Shown here: piece after piece, positions 52,298-64,000 of the stretch
Numbering within the stretch: the stretch's first letter is position 1
Layout of the letters: the number at the start of each line of letters is the position of its first letter
Assembly (NCBI RefSeq): GCF_009834535.1
Contig: NC_045696.1
Coordinates: forward strand, 99,760,001 to 99,824,000
DNA length: 64,000 nt
Origin: Camelus ferus
Lineage: Eukaryota
Direction: 5' to 3'
Notes under the pieces: generated by a model
The model's database searches: none
Told to the model about the DNA's origin: nothing
The model's input: only the letters and a program-made list of their open reading frames with translations
Made by a program: the position numbers and the translations under genes

Positions 52298-53340
52298 AAT
52301 TATGTAAGCCAGAAAACAATAAAATTATATTTTAAAGAGCAGAACAAAAAGAAAACCCTATCCTCAGTGAAAATGTAATTAAAAATGAAAGTGAAATAAA
52401 TATGTTATAGACAAATACTGAGGAACTGTGTTGCCCAGAAGCTTGCACTAAAATAAATCATTTGGGAAGTTATTCAGGCCAACAGAATACAATCTCAGTA
52501 AGAAATGTAGAAATAGAGGAGGAAATGTTAAACCCATCAGAAAGGGTAAATATAGATGACTATTCACTATCCAAAAAATGAGTACACTACCTTGTTGGGT
52601 TTAAAACATATATGAAATAAACATGCATGACAACAATAACACAGAAGATAGGAAGAGGAAAAATATGTAAAAAGGTTCTTATACTCTAGCAGTATCAGGA
52701 AATAGTAAAAGTATTTATTTTTTTTTACATATGTACAAGACAAGAACACATGTTGAAACCTAGCTAACTACATAAAGAGTAAAAAGATAACATATAACTG
52801 ACAATTTAATAGAAGGGGAAAAATGAAATGATAAAACATACATATTCATTTAACTCCAACAAAGGAAAGCAAAAAAAAATTAAACATATAAGCCAAATCA
52901 AAAATAATCAGAGAGAATAATCAGACAGAAGTTACAAATAAGCCCAACTATGTAAGTAATTACATTAAATCTAAACCCTCTAATTAAAGAATAAGGTTGC
53001 CAGATTGAGCTTAAAAACAATCTACGTAATGTTACAACAAACACATTACATATAGTGACATACAAGGTTTATGATTAACGGGATGCAAAAAAAAAAAAAA
53101 AAAAAAAAGACCACATACAGCCAAAGATGTAACTATTGTAATAGATGCATACCTAAAAATGTAGTTACTGTAACATCAAAGTAGATTTTAAGGTGAGATA
53201 TTGACCTCAATACTGGTGATAAAGATGGACACTTCCTAATAATCTAACAATTTGACCAAATGGGAAGATATAAATATACAAAAACATTTTGCACTCAAAA
53301 GTTGAACAATGGAATTAATTATGTTAGGAAATAATAGTAA

Positions 53341-53365
53341 ATATATATATATATGTGTATATATA

Positions 53366-53397
<32 letters not shown>
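53341..53397. repeat. Interrupted (TA)n microsatellite
   Basis: Directly visible. Confidence 0.95.
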
Positions 53398-53442
53398 ACT
53401 TAAGTCAAACCAAGCTGCAAAGAAATGAAAAATAAATATCTA

Positions 53443-53722
53443 GTATAAACTTGTTCATCTATTTTATATATAGTAGTTGGTATACGTAAATTTTGAACCT
53501 CTCAATTTATCCCTTATCACCAGCTTTAACCCCTGATAACCATAAGTTTGTTCTCTATGTTTGTGACTGTAGAGCACAGGGAACTATATTTAATATCTTA
53601 TAGTAACCTATAATGAAAAAATATGAAAATGAATATATGTATGTATATGTATAACTGAAACATTATGCTGTTCACAAGAAATTGTCACAACATTGTAAAC
53701 TGACTATACTTCAATTAAAAAG
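53443..53722 (+). mobile_element. ~280-bp young L1 3' UTR with 5' inversion
   Basis: Minus part 53443-53567, plus part 53568-53722; TSD gaaaaataaa(t/c)atcta at 53427-53442 and 53723-53738. Confidence 0.92.
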
Positions 53723-54849
53723 GAAAAATAAACATCTAATAAATTTATAAGTGAAAATAATTCAAAATGAAAATTAGAAAATATTTTCACCTGAGTCATA
53801 GTATCATATGCCAAAACTGTTGTGACACTAAAGCAGAGCTTAGAAGGAAATTTATAGGCTTAAGTGTACAAATTTTTAAAAATAAAAATGGCAAAACTAT
53901 AAACTTTAACCTCAAGAAATTAGAAATACAAGAACAAATCAAACTTAAGAAAATTAGAGAAAAATACTAAAGATATCAGTTAATAGAAAACAGATGTACA
54001 ATTAGTAGAAAACAAAGAAAAATCAACAAACTAAAAGTTAGTTATTTAAAAATATTAATAAAATTGCTATCTCATAAGAAAATGGACCAAAACATAAGAT
54101 TAAAAAAACACAATTTACCAATGTTAGGAATTAAAAGAGGAGCATCACTACAGATCCTGGAGTATCTGATAAAGATAATAAAAGCATATTTTGAAAAACT
54201 ATACATTAATATAATCATTAATTTTAAAATCCTAGTTATTAAAGATGACAGGATGAAAAATAATAATAGCCTTTAATGCAATGAACAACAATTATTAAAA
54301 ATGTTCCTACCAGAAAAAGGCTCACACGACATCACTAATGATATCTTCAAAATATTAAAGGGAGAAACTACGCCAATCTTACATACATCTTTCCAGAGAA
54401 TAGAAAAAAGGGGAACACTTCTTAATCTTTTAATAAGATGAACATAATCTTAATGCCAAAGCCTCAAAGGAAATTACAAGAAAGAATAATAAAGATTCAT
54501 TCCTCTAAGAAATATTTCTGGAAAAGTCTTTAATATTTAACAAAATACTAGAAAATTGGTCCTATGATTAATAAATAGGATAATGCATCATATTAGTGGA
54601 GATTATGACAGAAATACATGATTCAAAAATCAATAAAATTCATCACAAAATTATTGTAAAAAGAAAACTCATATGATCAGCTCTATACAAGTTTTAAAAT
54701 ATTTAAAACCCACTTTAATAGAGAAAATTCTTAGTAAACTAGCAATATGGATAAGATTTATCTACAAAAACATCCTATAGTAAATACTATGTTTTTCTCA
54801 TGATATTGGGGATGCCTGTTATCACCAACGTACTATATGGCCTAGACAG

Positions 54850-54942
54850 TGAAAAAAGGAAGGAAGGAAGGAAAGAATGAAGGGAGGGAAAGAGGAAGAG
54901 AAGGAAAAAGAAGGAATGGAGGGAGGGAAAAGGAAAGGAGGC
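54850..54942. repeat. (GGAA)n-type purine-rich tract
   Basis: Directly visible. Confidence 0.9.
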
Positions 54943-55964
54943 AACTTAAACATTGAAAAACAAAAAATAAAGCTATCATCATTAGTAAATGATATAATTA
55001 CACATTTAGAAAATTAAAAGAACCCACAAGCTCTTAGAATTTATAAATAGGTTAAGCATCATTACTGTACACAAAGTTAAAATGTTAAAAAATTATATCT
55101 CCATATACTAACAACAAATAAAAATAAGTTTGAAATATATGTTATTTAAAGTAGCATAAAAATATCAAATATTTGGGAATGTATCTGACAAAAGATGTGT
55201 AAGATCTCCATTCTGAAATTATAAAACATTTCTTAAAAGAAATATAAATATATATTAGTGGAACAAAATACATGTTTTCATATAGTAAGACAATATTACA
55301 AAAATGTCATTCCTCACTGCCATTTAATCTATTAATCCAATATAAAGTCAATAAAAATTCTACTAAGTTGGGAATTATTTTTTTTTGCAGAAATTGTCAT
55401 GGTAATTCTAAGTTCTATGTGAAAATACAATAGGCCTAGAAATGCCCTAGAATAACAATGAGAAGATCAAAGATGAACGAACCTGAAGGACACAGAAGAT
55501 ATCTGGATCCATAATAAAGCTATTGTAATTTAGGCAGATGAAATATTTAGATTAAAAAACTACAATGTTCTCATCAATGAAAGAGAACAGAGTCTGAAAA
55601 CAGATTCACATATACACATATCACTTAGACAAAGGCTCAGTTGCAATGTTGTGAAGAAAAGAACAGTCTTCTTAACAAGTGGTAATAAGCCAAAAGAATA
55701 TCCATATAGAAAAATATATGTCTTGCCCCCATCTCACTCTATAACATGAAAATTAATTCCCTATAGTTGCTGACCTAGATGTGAAAGAAAAACAATAAAG
55801 TTTTAGAGAGAAAAACATAGGAAGGCATAGTTACCACATTGAAGCGTTAAGATTCCTTAAGAAGGATCCAAATTACTAACCATAATTTTAAAATGATAAA
55901 TTAGACAATATTAATTACAAACTTATATTCATCAAAAGAAACCATAAAAACTGCAAAACAACTT

Positions 55965-57195
55965 CAGATCTAATGCTATCAAAGAAATTGAATCAATAAT
56001 TTAAAACCTCTCAAAATAGAAAGCACTAGAAATAGGTATACTCATGAACTCTACCAAAAATTTAATGAATAAATTATACCAATTCTCTAAAATCTCTTTC
56101 AGAGGATAAAAGCAGAAGGAATACTTCATAATTTATTTGAAGAGGTCAACATTACCCTAATACTAAAACCAAAGGCACAAAAAACAAACAAAACAAAAAA
56201 ATTTAAAAATAAAAACTACAGACCAATCCTCCTGAGCATTGATGCTAAACTCCTCAACAAAATATTAGCAGATTGAATCTAACAATGTGTAAAAAAAATT
56301 ATACACCATAACCAAATGGAATGTATCCCAGGTATTCAAGGCTGGTTCAACATTTGAAAATCAGTTACTTTAACCCATCACATTAACAGGCTAAAAATGA
56401 AAAATTTCGTGATCATATCAATAGATGTAGGAAAAGCAGTTGACAAATCCAATATCCATTTGTAATAAAAATTTTCAGTAAAACAGGAATAGAGGGGAAC
56501 TTCCACTTGATAAAGAATATCTACACAAATCTACAGCCAACATGCTAACATCATACTCAATAATAAGAAATGTAAAGCTTTTCCACTTAGATCAGTACAA
56601 GGCAAGGATGTCCCTTCTTATCACGCTTTCTCAACATCATACTGGAAGTTCTAGCTAATGCAATAAAACACGAAAAGGAAATAAAAGGTATTCAGACTGG
56701 GAAGGAAAAAATAAACCTGCCTTTGGTCACAGCTGACATCATTGCCTATTTAGAAAATCTGAATTAATTAACAAAGACTCCTGGAACTAATAAGTGATTA
56801 TGAAGGTTGAGGATACAAGGTTAAAATAAAAAAGGTCAGTAGGTGCCAGGAGTTGAGGGTAGGAAATGGCTAAATAAGTGGAGTACAGAAGATATTTTAG
56901 GGCTGTGAAAATACTCTGTACAACACTTTAATGATATAAACATGTCATTATCCATTAGTCCAAACCCATAGAATTTACAGCACCAAGAATAAAGCATAAT
57001 GCAAACTATGGATATTGAGCAATTAAGATGTATCAATGTAGTATGTCACGAGTAACAAATGTACCACTCTGGTGGGTGATATTGAAAATGGGAGAGGCTA
57101 TTTATGTGTGGGGGTTGGGAGTATGGGGGGAATCTCTGTACTTTCCCCTCAGTTTTGCTGTGAACCTAAAACTACTCTTAGAGAAGTCACAAATT
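55965..57195 (+). mobile_element. L1MC-like element (RT fragment fused to 3' UTR) nested in the older L1
   Basis: RT motifs ('actacagaccaatc', 'aaggcaaggatgtccc', decayed FADD region at ~56722-56750) joined at ~56835 to an L1MC-type 3' UTR ('caaatgtaccactctggtgg...ctgtgaacctaaaactactc'). Confidence 0.85.
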
Positions 57196-57869
57196 TTTTT
57201 AAAAGGCAACCTGGAGAGAGTAAAGATACTGCCAATACATATATCCAACAAAGAATTCATAGCCAAGAGTATATAAAGAACTCTTTGAAATCAATAGGGA
57301 AAAGACAATTCAAATCAAAAATTCTTAAAATATTTGAATAGCCATTTCACAAAATAAGATGTTCAAGTAACCAATAAATATATGAAAAGGTACTCAGCTT
57401 TATTAGTCATCAGGGAAATGGACAATTCTTAAAAGTTCAATGAAATATCACTGCATATCCTCCGTAACATCTTAAATTTCAAAGACAGAATACACCAAGC
57501 GTTGCTAGAAACTAGGTTAAATGAAGGTTTCATACATTGCTGGTGAGAGTGGAAATTGGTTCAACTGCTTCAGAAAACAATTTAATATGACCTATGAGAG
57601 CTAAATAAATACCTTTTTTGTGACCCATCAAGTTCACTCCTAGATACATCAACAAACAATACCATTATCAATAGGATTGTTTAGGGAAATATCAGTCAAG
57701 TCAGGATGGGACATGCCTAGATTCTGAGCAGCTGTTAAGTGGTCAAAAGATTAACTTTCTTTAGAAACAGAAAGCAATGTAGGTCTTTATTTTTATTAGT
57801 TTGTAGGAAGTAAGACAAAAAACGAATTCTATAGGTGGTAACCCAGGTGACTGAGAATTTTTCAATACC

Positions 57870-58110
57870 ATCTGGGTGCCCCTTTGGCTCTACTGCAGCA
57901 TTTATAGATGCCAAGCTTCCCACAGGCTGCTTCTAGCTTGTCTGAGCACAGCGGGGCTATCAGTCCCGGTCCATTACTACAGGATGCATGGCCCTTCTAA
58001 CTGATGACTCTAGCCATCAGCATGATAAAGCTTTCCTGGAATTGCACTGCAGTCTCAGAGTCTTCCTACCAAACCCCATTTCTTTCCTTCTATCTTCATA
58101 GGTGTCAGTC
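57870..58110 (+). mobile_element. ERVL LTR (LTR16-like) fragment
   Basis: 'cttcccacaggctgcttc...gctttcctggaattgcactgcagtctcagagtcttcctaccaaacc...ttcataggtgtcag'. Confidence 0.6.
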
Positions 58111-58809
58111 AAAAGCAAATACAGACAACAGAAAGTTGTCTCAATAGAAACAATGACCTAATGATCAAAAGACACACATTAAGTTTCCCAAGATTACTGC
58201 TACTAACAGAAGGAATAAAATGGCTGTGTCAAAAAAAATTGAATCAGATTTGACTAAGACTCAGCTTCTGTGCATAAGATCCAAAGAGCTTGATCACTGG
58301 ACATGGGACTCATCAGAGAAGTACCACTCAAGCTATGTGCCTTGGTCAGCCCCAGGGATGCGCTTAAGTATGCAAATTTTGGTGGGACCTCCAGGAAAAA
58401 GTGTCAAAGAATAACTCAGAGACATTTAGTTATAGTATAGTTGATACTCTGAGGGAGATCAATCCTGTATAGATTGTTTCTCTTAACAAAGGCAAAGACT
58501 GTATTAATAAAAGCAAAACCACAGATAGTGTGTAGAATAGAGAGTCTTGATACCTCTTGGTTTTCTACATCTTGGACAAGCTGACTGGCTGAAAACCATC
58601 AAGATGTCTGTTTATCCTTAAACAGGCTAAAAGAGTTGTCAGGGGAGGCCATTTTGGTTCTCCATGGGCTTTTTGGGTTTCCTGAGAAATTCTGTGACTT
58701 ATGAGATAGCCACTAGTGCCTTCTGTTGAGGTCCCCACATTAATTAGGCCATGTCGCCACAATTTCCCTCAGTGCATTTCTCACAAATAAAAAATTAATC
58801 TCAATTGTT

Positions 58810-59950
58810 AATGAAGTTTACTCAGAAAAATAAACAAGGACTATGTGATAGACAGTGATGTTTACTTGTGGGGGGAAATGTTTTAAATGGATGGTCATAG
58901 ACATTCTCTCTATGGAGAGGAGATGATTTTTGAGCTGAATCTTCAGTGATTAGATGAATCAGTCATGCAAAGATGGGAAAGATAGATCCTTTAGGCCAAG
59001 TGGTCTGATATTAGAATCCATTTGTCTTTTTCTTGGAACAAAAAGAAGCAAGGTGTTTGGCCTATCTATAAGACAGGAGAGGATAAATGAGTTTAGAGAA
59101 CTAGGGCACAGTAAATGGTTTTCACTTTTTAAGTGAAATGGGAAGCCACTAAAACGCATTATGAAGTACAATTACATGATTTGCTTCACGTTGTAAAAAG
59201 ATTACCCTGGATGCTCTTCAGATAATGATTTGGGGGTGGGAGACAGTGGAAGCAGGTATGGGAGAGGTAACTGATTGTACCATTGAAAATAGAAAGCAGA
59301 GATGGATATTGTGATATATTTGGTTACAAGAGTATCAGATGTCTTGCAGACTTTGTGTGGCGAGAAAGAAGAGAATAAACACTGACTCGGGATTTTTTCC
59401 TGAACTACTGGTAGATGTGGTTCCATCAACTGCTATCAGGAAGAACAGCCGAGGAACCCTCTAGGGACCAGTTAGGTTTAGGCTGCCCATCTGACATCCC
59501 AGTGAAGATGTCAAGAGGACTAACGGATATGTAAGTCTGTAACTCAGGAGTGATATCAGTGCCTAGGATATATACATGGAATGATCAGAATATGGATAGT
59601 ATTTTTAAAGTCACAGAACTACATAAGGTCTCTTAAGAAAAGGGATATTTAGAAAAAAGAGGAATACCCAGGATGGAGCATTAGGGTCCTTCAGAATATG
59701 GAGACTGACTAACAGAGGACGACTTTAAAAAGGAGACTCAGAAGTTGAGAGAAGAAAGTATGTCAAAGACTGAAAGGTCAAATAAGATGAGGACAGAAAG
59801 AAACAACCGTTGGATTTAGTGATGTGGTAGTTATTGGTCGCCTTAACAAAAGCAGTTTCAGTGAAGTGGCAGGGATGGAAGCCCATAAGTTCCACTGTAA
59901 TGTAAGAGAATGCTGGTTTACATGCAGGTTGTTGGAAAAATATTTTGCTG
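58810..59950 (-). mobile_element. L2 fragment (~1.1 kb)
   Basis: 'ttttgagctgaatctt', 'tgatttgcttcacgttgtaaaaagattaccctgg', 'ttggatttagtgatgtgg...aagcagtttcagtgaagtgg'. Confidence 0.8.
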
Positions 59951-60899
59951 GAAGTTGTTTCATCATGCTGTTCCTGTAAGATTGCTTAAATTCTGTAAGA
60001 TTTTCTTAATGAATTATTTCATAAGGCACTGGGTAGAGGTGGAGGGTGTGATGCTTCACACTGTATAAGAAAAAGGGAAACGTTTATTTGGTTATCAAAT
60101 TCCACATATCTCAAGACTTGGCTTTAAGTTCATGAAATTCTAATAAACTGACCAAAAATCTTAACCTTCCCTAGGAGTTAATTCATATGCATGCACCTAG
60201 AATTGGTTGACTTTTGCTATTTTCCACAAACTCCCTACTTCTAAAATCTTAAGATCTATCCTAATATCAATTGGAAGGCTGATATAATAAGCACTCAAAG
60301 AATTGTTTACATCAATTCATCTATATAATTTTCCATCAAAAATAGTAATATATTTAGGTCATTCTAGGGGAGTAGGAATAGTATTTTGGGTCCAAACAAG
60401 AAAATGCTTGAGAATAACTGATCTAAAAGATGTAGAGAATAACTAAAAAAAATGTACTTGAAATGATATAAAAGATGTATTTGAATTCACAAATATTCTC
60501 AAAATTTAAATACTGAGATCTAAAATAGGTTCTTTTTGCATTCTCATAGACTACATTACCAGTCAAACAACAACAAAAAAAACTATTATACCAATATGTG
60601 GCCAGGTTTTTGTACTATCTAAAGAAGCAGTATCTTCCTTTCTCTAGCTGAGTAATAAAGAAATCAGTGATTGTTACATACACACACATATTCATATACA
60701 TACAGATAATAAATGAAACCCACAGTGGTAACAGATGGGGACAAAGCAGGAAAGATTCCTAACAGTCCAAGAGAAGGAGGCTGTGGTACATTGTAGGAAT
60801 GCTTCTGTAATCAATGTGACAATCATCCAAGAACCCTACAAAAACTGGCCTTTTTCTCAAGTGATCAATATAACAGTAAAATAATTGATTCCTCACTGT

Positions 60900-61100
60900 A
60901 TGCTCGGTATATGTATTAGTACTAAACCTTAATGTAAGACTGAAGAGAAGTATCATTAACCTCCATTTTATAGACGAGGCAACTTGGACTCAAGGAGATA
61001 AATGACAAATCTAAATTCATACAACTATTAAGTGGTGGAACTTGGATCCAAACTCAGGTCTTTCTTAGTCCATTGCTGTGCTTTTTCCACTATGCTACAT
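60900..61100 (-). mobile_element. MIR
   Basis: 'tatcattaacctccattttatagacgaggcaacttgg...taagtggtggaacttggatccaaactcaggtc'. Confidence 0.8.
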
Positions 61101-63294
61101 TATGTTCAAAAAAAAAAAAAAAGGCGGAAATAATTTGAGTGTCCTAGAGGTGACTGTGTGGACAAAACTATTTCACAAGAGGACACCTGGGTATGTATCT
61201 GTCCCAAACCAGACACAAGGCATGACCTAAAATAGTAAGATAACTCTTTTTCCTGTCTTCGACATGAAAACAATTTAGGTGATTCCTAAATTCCAAATTT
61301 TTTCCTACTGTAAAAATTTTCCACTGAGCAAGATATGAGGACATTTTACATGGAAACCACAAAGTATATATTCCCAGACTTTAAAAGTCCACTTCCCTTC
61401 CTCAAAACGCACATACACACACACAAACACACTTCCTGCTAACTACCAAAGGTGGAAATGAACAATCGCACTGCAGTCTAGGGCATCTATCAAAGCAGTA
61501 AGAAAAAATACGGTTGACCATTGACAACCGACACAGCTACTGAAATTGAACATCTTCTACTGAGTCTCATTCCTTATTTACCTAAAAAGTCTGATAAAGT
61601 TAATCAAATGCTATTGGGAAGAGACATTTCTAAACAATGATTTCAAAAAAAAAAAAAAGAAAAAGTCTTACTATTCAGTAGACTATATTAAACACTAAGA
61701 AGGTCTGTCACTCTATTTCATTTCATATGCATTTCATTTCTTAAACTTTTTGCACCAATTTCCTCCACCGTGTTTCATGGCTTTCATCTAAGCAGTGAAT
61801 GATGAAACACAGTCATCAGATTCTCTCTGACACCATAAAATCTTGGATGAGAATGGATGCTTGAAAACCCCCATGACTACATTTTGTTATTTTTAGGTGC
61901 AGTTACATTTACCAATCCTAAATTATATAGGCTGATTGGCTAGATCTTTATGAAATCTGTTGTTGTTTTCTAAAATTCTGTAGTCTTCAGACTGACTGTT
62001 GTTTGAAATGCATTGATTCAGACGTGGTAAATGAAAAGATGCCTATATTCAGTAGGCAGTAAATTCTAATTATTTTAGATAGAGGCAATGACTAATAAAA
62101 GAAAGAGAGAAGTTCAGTGAAAAGGAGACAACATATGCAAAGTCAAAACAACTGCTTCATAGGAAGACAGAGAAGTCATACCTGACTCAGCATTTCAGAG
62201 TACAGCTCACAGCTTCCTATGAAGGAAATAACTAAAGGAACCAGGGCGGCAAATATGAGTGTTGTGACTGAACCCTATTGCCTACTTATGCTTTTTAGTT
62301 ATTGTAACAGTAGTGCCTTTGCATTGTTACTACTTGTACCTCTATTTTTAAACATAAATAAAATTTCTACTTGCAGCTACTTTAATTTCTTGCAATCTCA
62401 GAGTCACCTTAACATGTGTCAAAATACTCCTGGAAAATACTTATTGGAAAATATACCAACAAAAATAATTTCTGCTGCATACATTGCATATGTCACAAAA
62501 CCCAGGCAACGAAAGAAAAACTCATCAATAATTCTGGGTATTCTTATGTGAGAAACCAATCTTATATAAATATTTGTAGCTTCCTGGTAAGTAATACCAT
62601 CTATTAGCAATCCACTCAGTCAAGACATAGCTTGAATCAAGGCTGGTAATGGAACAATTCAGTGATAGTCTGAGGTTTTTGTATAGGTGGAGTTAGAGAG
62701 GGGTCATGCTTAGGTGATAAGCAGTTTTATTAAAGTTTTAAATATAAACCCTTAGTGAGTCTGAAAAAAAAGCTATAGAAAACTACTTACTTATTATGAT
62801 CTCTAATGTCAGTTTACATGATAAATAAGCACATATTTGACAGGCTGCTAAATATTACTCTTGGCATCTATTAGTAAGAAATACCAATTTCTGAAATTTA
62901 ATTCCCTATGCTTAATGAACCTAGTAAATTTGATCTGATGCCTTCTGAAATTAATATGTTAAGTCTAAACTGACTTATTTTTATAGGGACAAATTAGTTC
63001 ACATTTAAATTAATCTTGAAGAAAATATGTATTACTATTGAAATGTGTTATTTATAGTCCTTATATATGAGGGTCTTTATTTGATTTCATTCATTTGAAG
63101 CTTTTAAAAGGGACAGAAATGATTAGGTTAATATATAGTGCTTGTAAAGCAAATGATAATTTCTTGCTAAATTTTTTAAAGATGAGACATTAATTATGTG
63201 CGACTGACACCTATTTAGTGCAAGCCCCTAACCTAGGTGTGGGGAAATACACAGCTGTAGTTAAGATACAAAACTTCGCTCAGGAACTTCAATA

Positions 63295-64000
63295 TTATTT
63301 ATTCAGCAGGTATGTACTGAGTACCACCTTTGTGTTGAGCTCTGTGTGGGGTATAGAGGACACAGTGGTGATTAAAAGCGACAGAGACTCTGCCTTTGTA
63401 GAACTTACAGCTTCTAGGAGGGAGGGTGACAATGTTAACCGAGTAATCATTCCAGACAGGAATACAAACTAGGAAAAGTGCTAGGGCATAAGCACAGAGA
63501 AGTCTCATTTCAGCCGAATTCTGAGTTGTGAACAGAAGCTCCTTTGTGTATTTGGGTGGAGGGAGGGGTTAGGAAGTATTCCCAGGGAAAGGGAAAATGG
63601 CATAGAAGGAGGTCTTGAAGCAGGAGACAGCAAAGCACATCTGAAGCAGAGACAGAAATGTGTGTCTGAAGTTTTGAGAGAGGGATCAAAGAGTATCCTA
63701 AGTGGAGACCAGAGAGAGAGTTGAGGGCCAGTATGTGTGCAGTCCTGTTGGCCATTGAAGTATTTGGATCTTTATTATAAGTATAAGAAAAAATTACTGA
63801 CATTGCAGAGGTTCCAGAATAAAGAGGGTACCAGCTAGGTGGCTATTACAGTAGTTCAGGCATGATGATGTGACAATGTGGACTAACACGGGGTGCTGGA
63901 AGGGCAGATAGAGTAGAAATAGATTAATTTGAGAGCTGTTTAAGTGAAGAAATCAAAAGAACTGTCAATTAGTGGAATGTGAGGGAGGGTGACAAAAATG
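63295..64000 (-). mobile_element. L2 3' region (runs off the window)
   Basis: 'tattcagcaggtatgtactgag...ctctgcctttgtagaacttacag', 'ggtggctattacagtagttcaggcatga'. Confidence 0.8.

Larger units (their letters stand above)
51000..57650 (+). mobile_element. Long, highly decayed old L1 (L1MC/MD/ME-like) hosting three nested L1 insertions
   Basis: ORF1-like 51600-52500, ORF2 motifs in order ('agcagagcttagaaggaaatttatagg', 'tctttccagagaatagaaaaaagggg', 'catacattgctggtgagagtggaaattgg'); 5' boundary uncertain. Confidence 0.8.

Noticed and set aside
1..64000. CRISPR arrays, rRNA, intact tRNA, snoRNA, operons
   Set aside because: No regularly spaced repeats; tRNA-like sequences are a SINE and a half-tRNA retrocopy; scattered TGATGA/CTGA boxes lack terminal stems.

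Overview
AT-rich, CpG-poor mammalian genomic DNA, most likely from a camelid (a tRNA-Ala-derived Vic-1-type SINE plus several young, mutually similar L1 3' ends). I can support no protein-coding gene, intact RNA gene or prokaryote-type system; the window looks intergenic or deep-intronic. The long ORFs that resemble proteins are L1 ORF1/ORF2 or Tigger transposase relics. Much of the window is interspersed repeat: young and old L1, L2, MIR, MaLR/ERVL LTRs, hAT MITEs and a full-length ~3.5 kb Tigger2-type transposon. The most informative structures are: (1) a TSD-flanked, tailless 5'-half tRNA-Gly(TCC) retrocopy inside the Tigger; (2) a ~1 kb tandem duplication (32.2-34.8 kb) with a solo LTR in one copy, a 339-bp perfectly homogenised tract between otherwise diverged copies, and asymmetric CpG decay; (3) two short non-repeat matches between distant sites (42 bp, 22.7 kb apart; 22 bp, 4.7 kb apart) suggestive of templated-insertion repair; (4) three 5'-inverted (twin-primed) L1 insertions and two internally deleted L1s. 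Subfamily names come from recalled consensus motifs, not database searches, and boundaries of old repeats are approximate. I found no convincing previously undescribed biological system.
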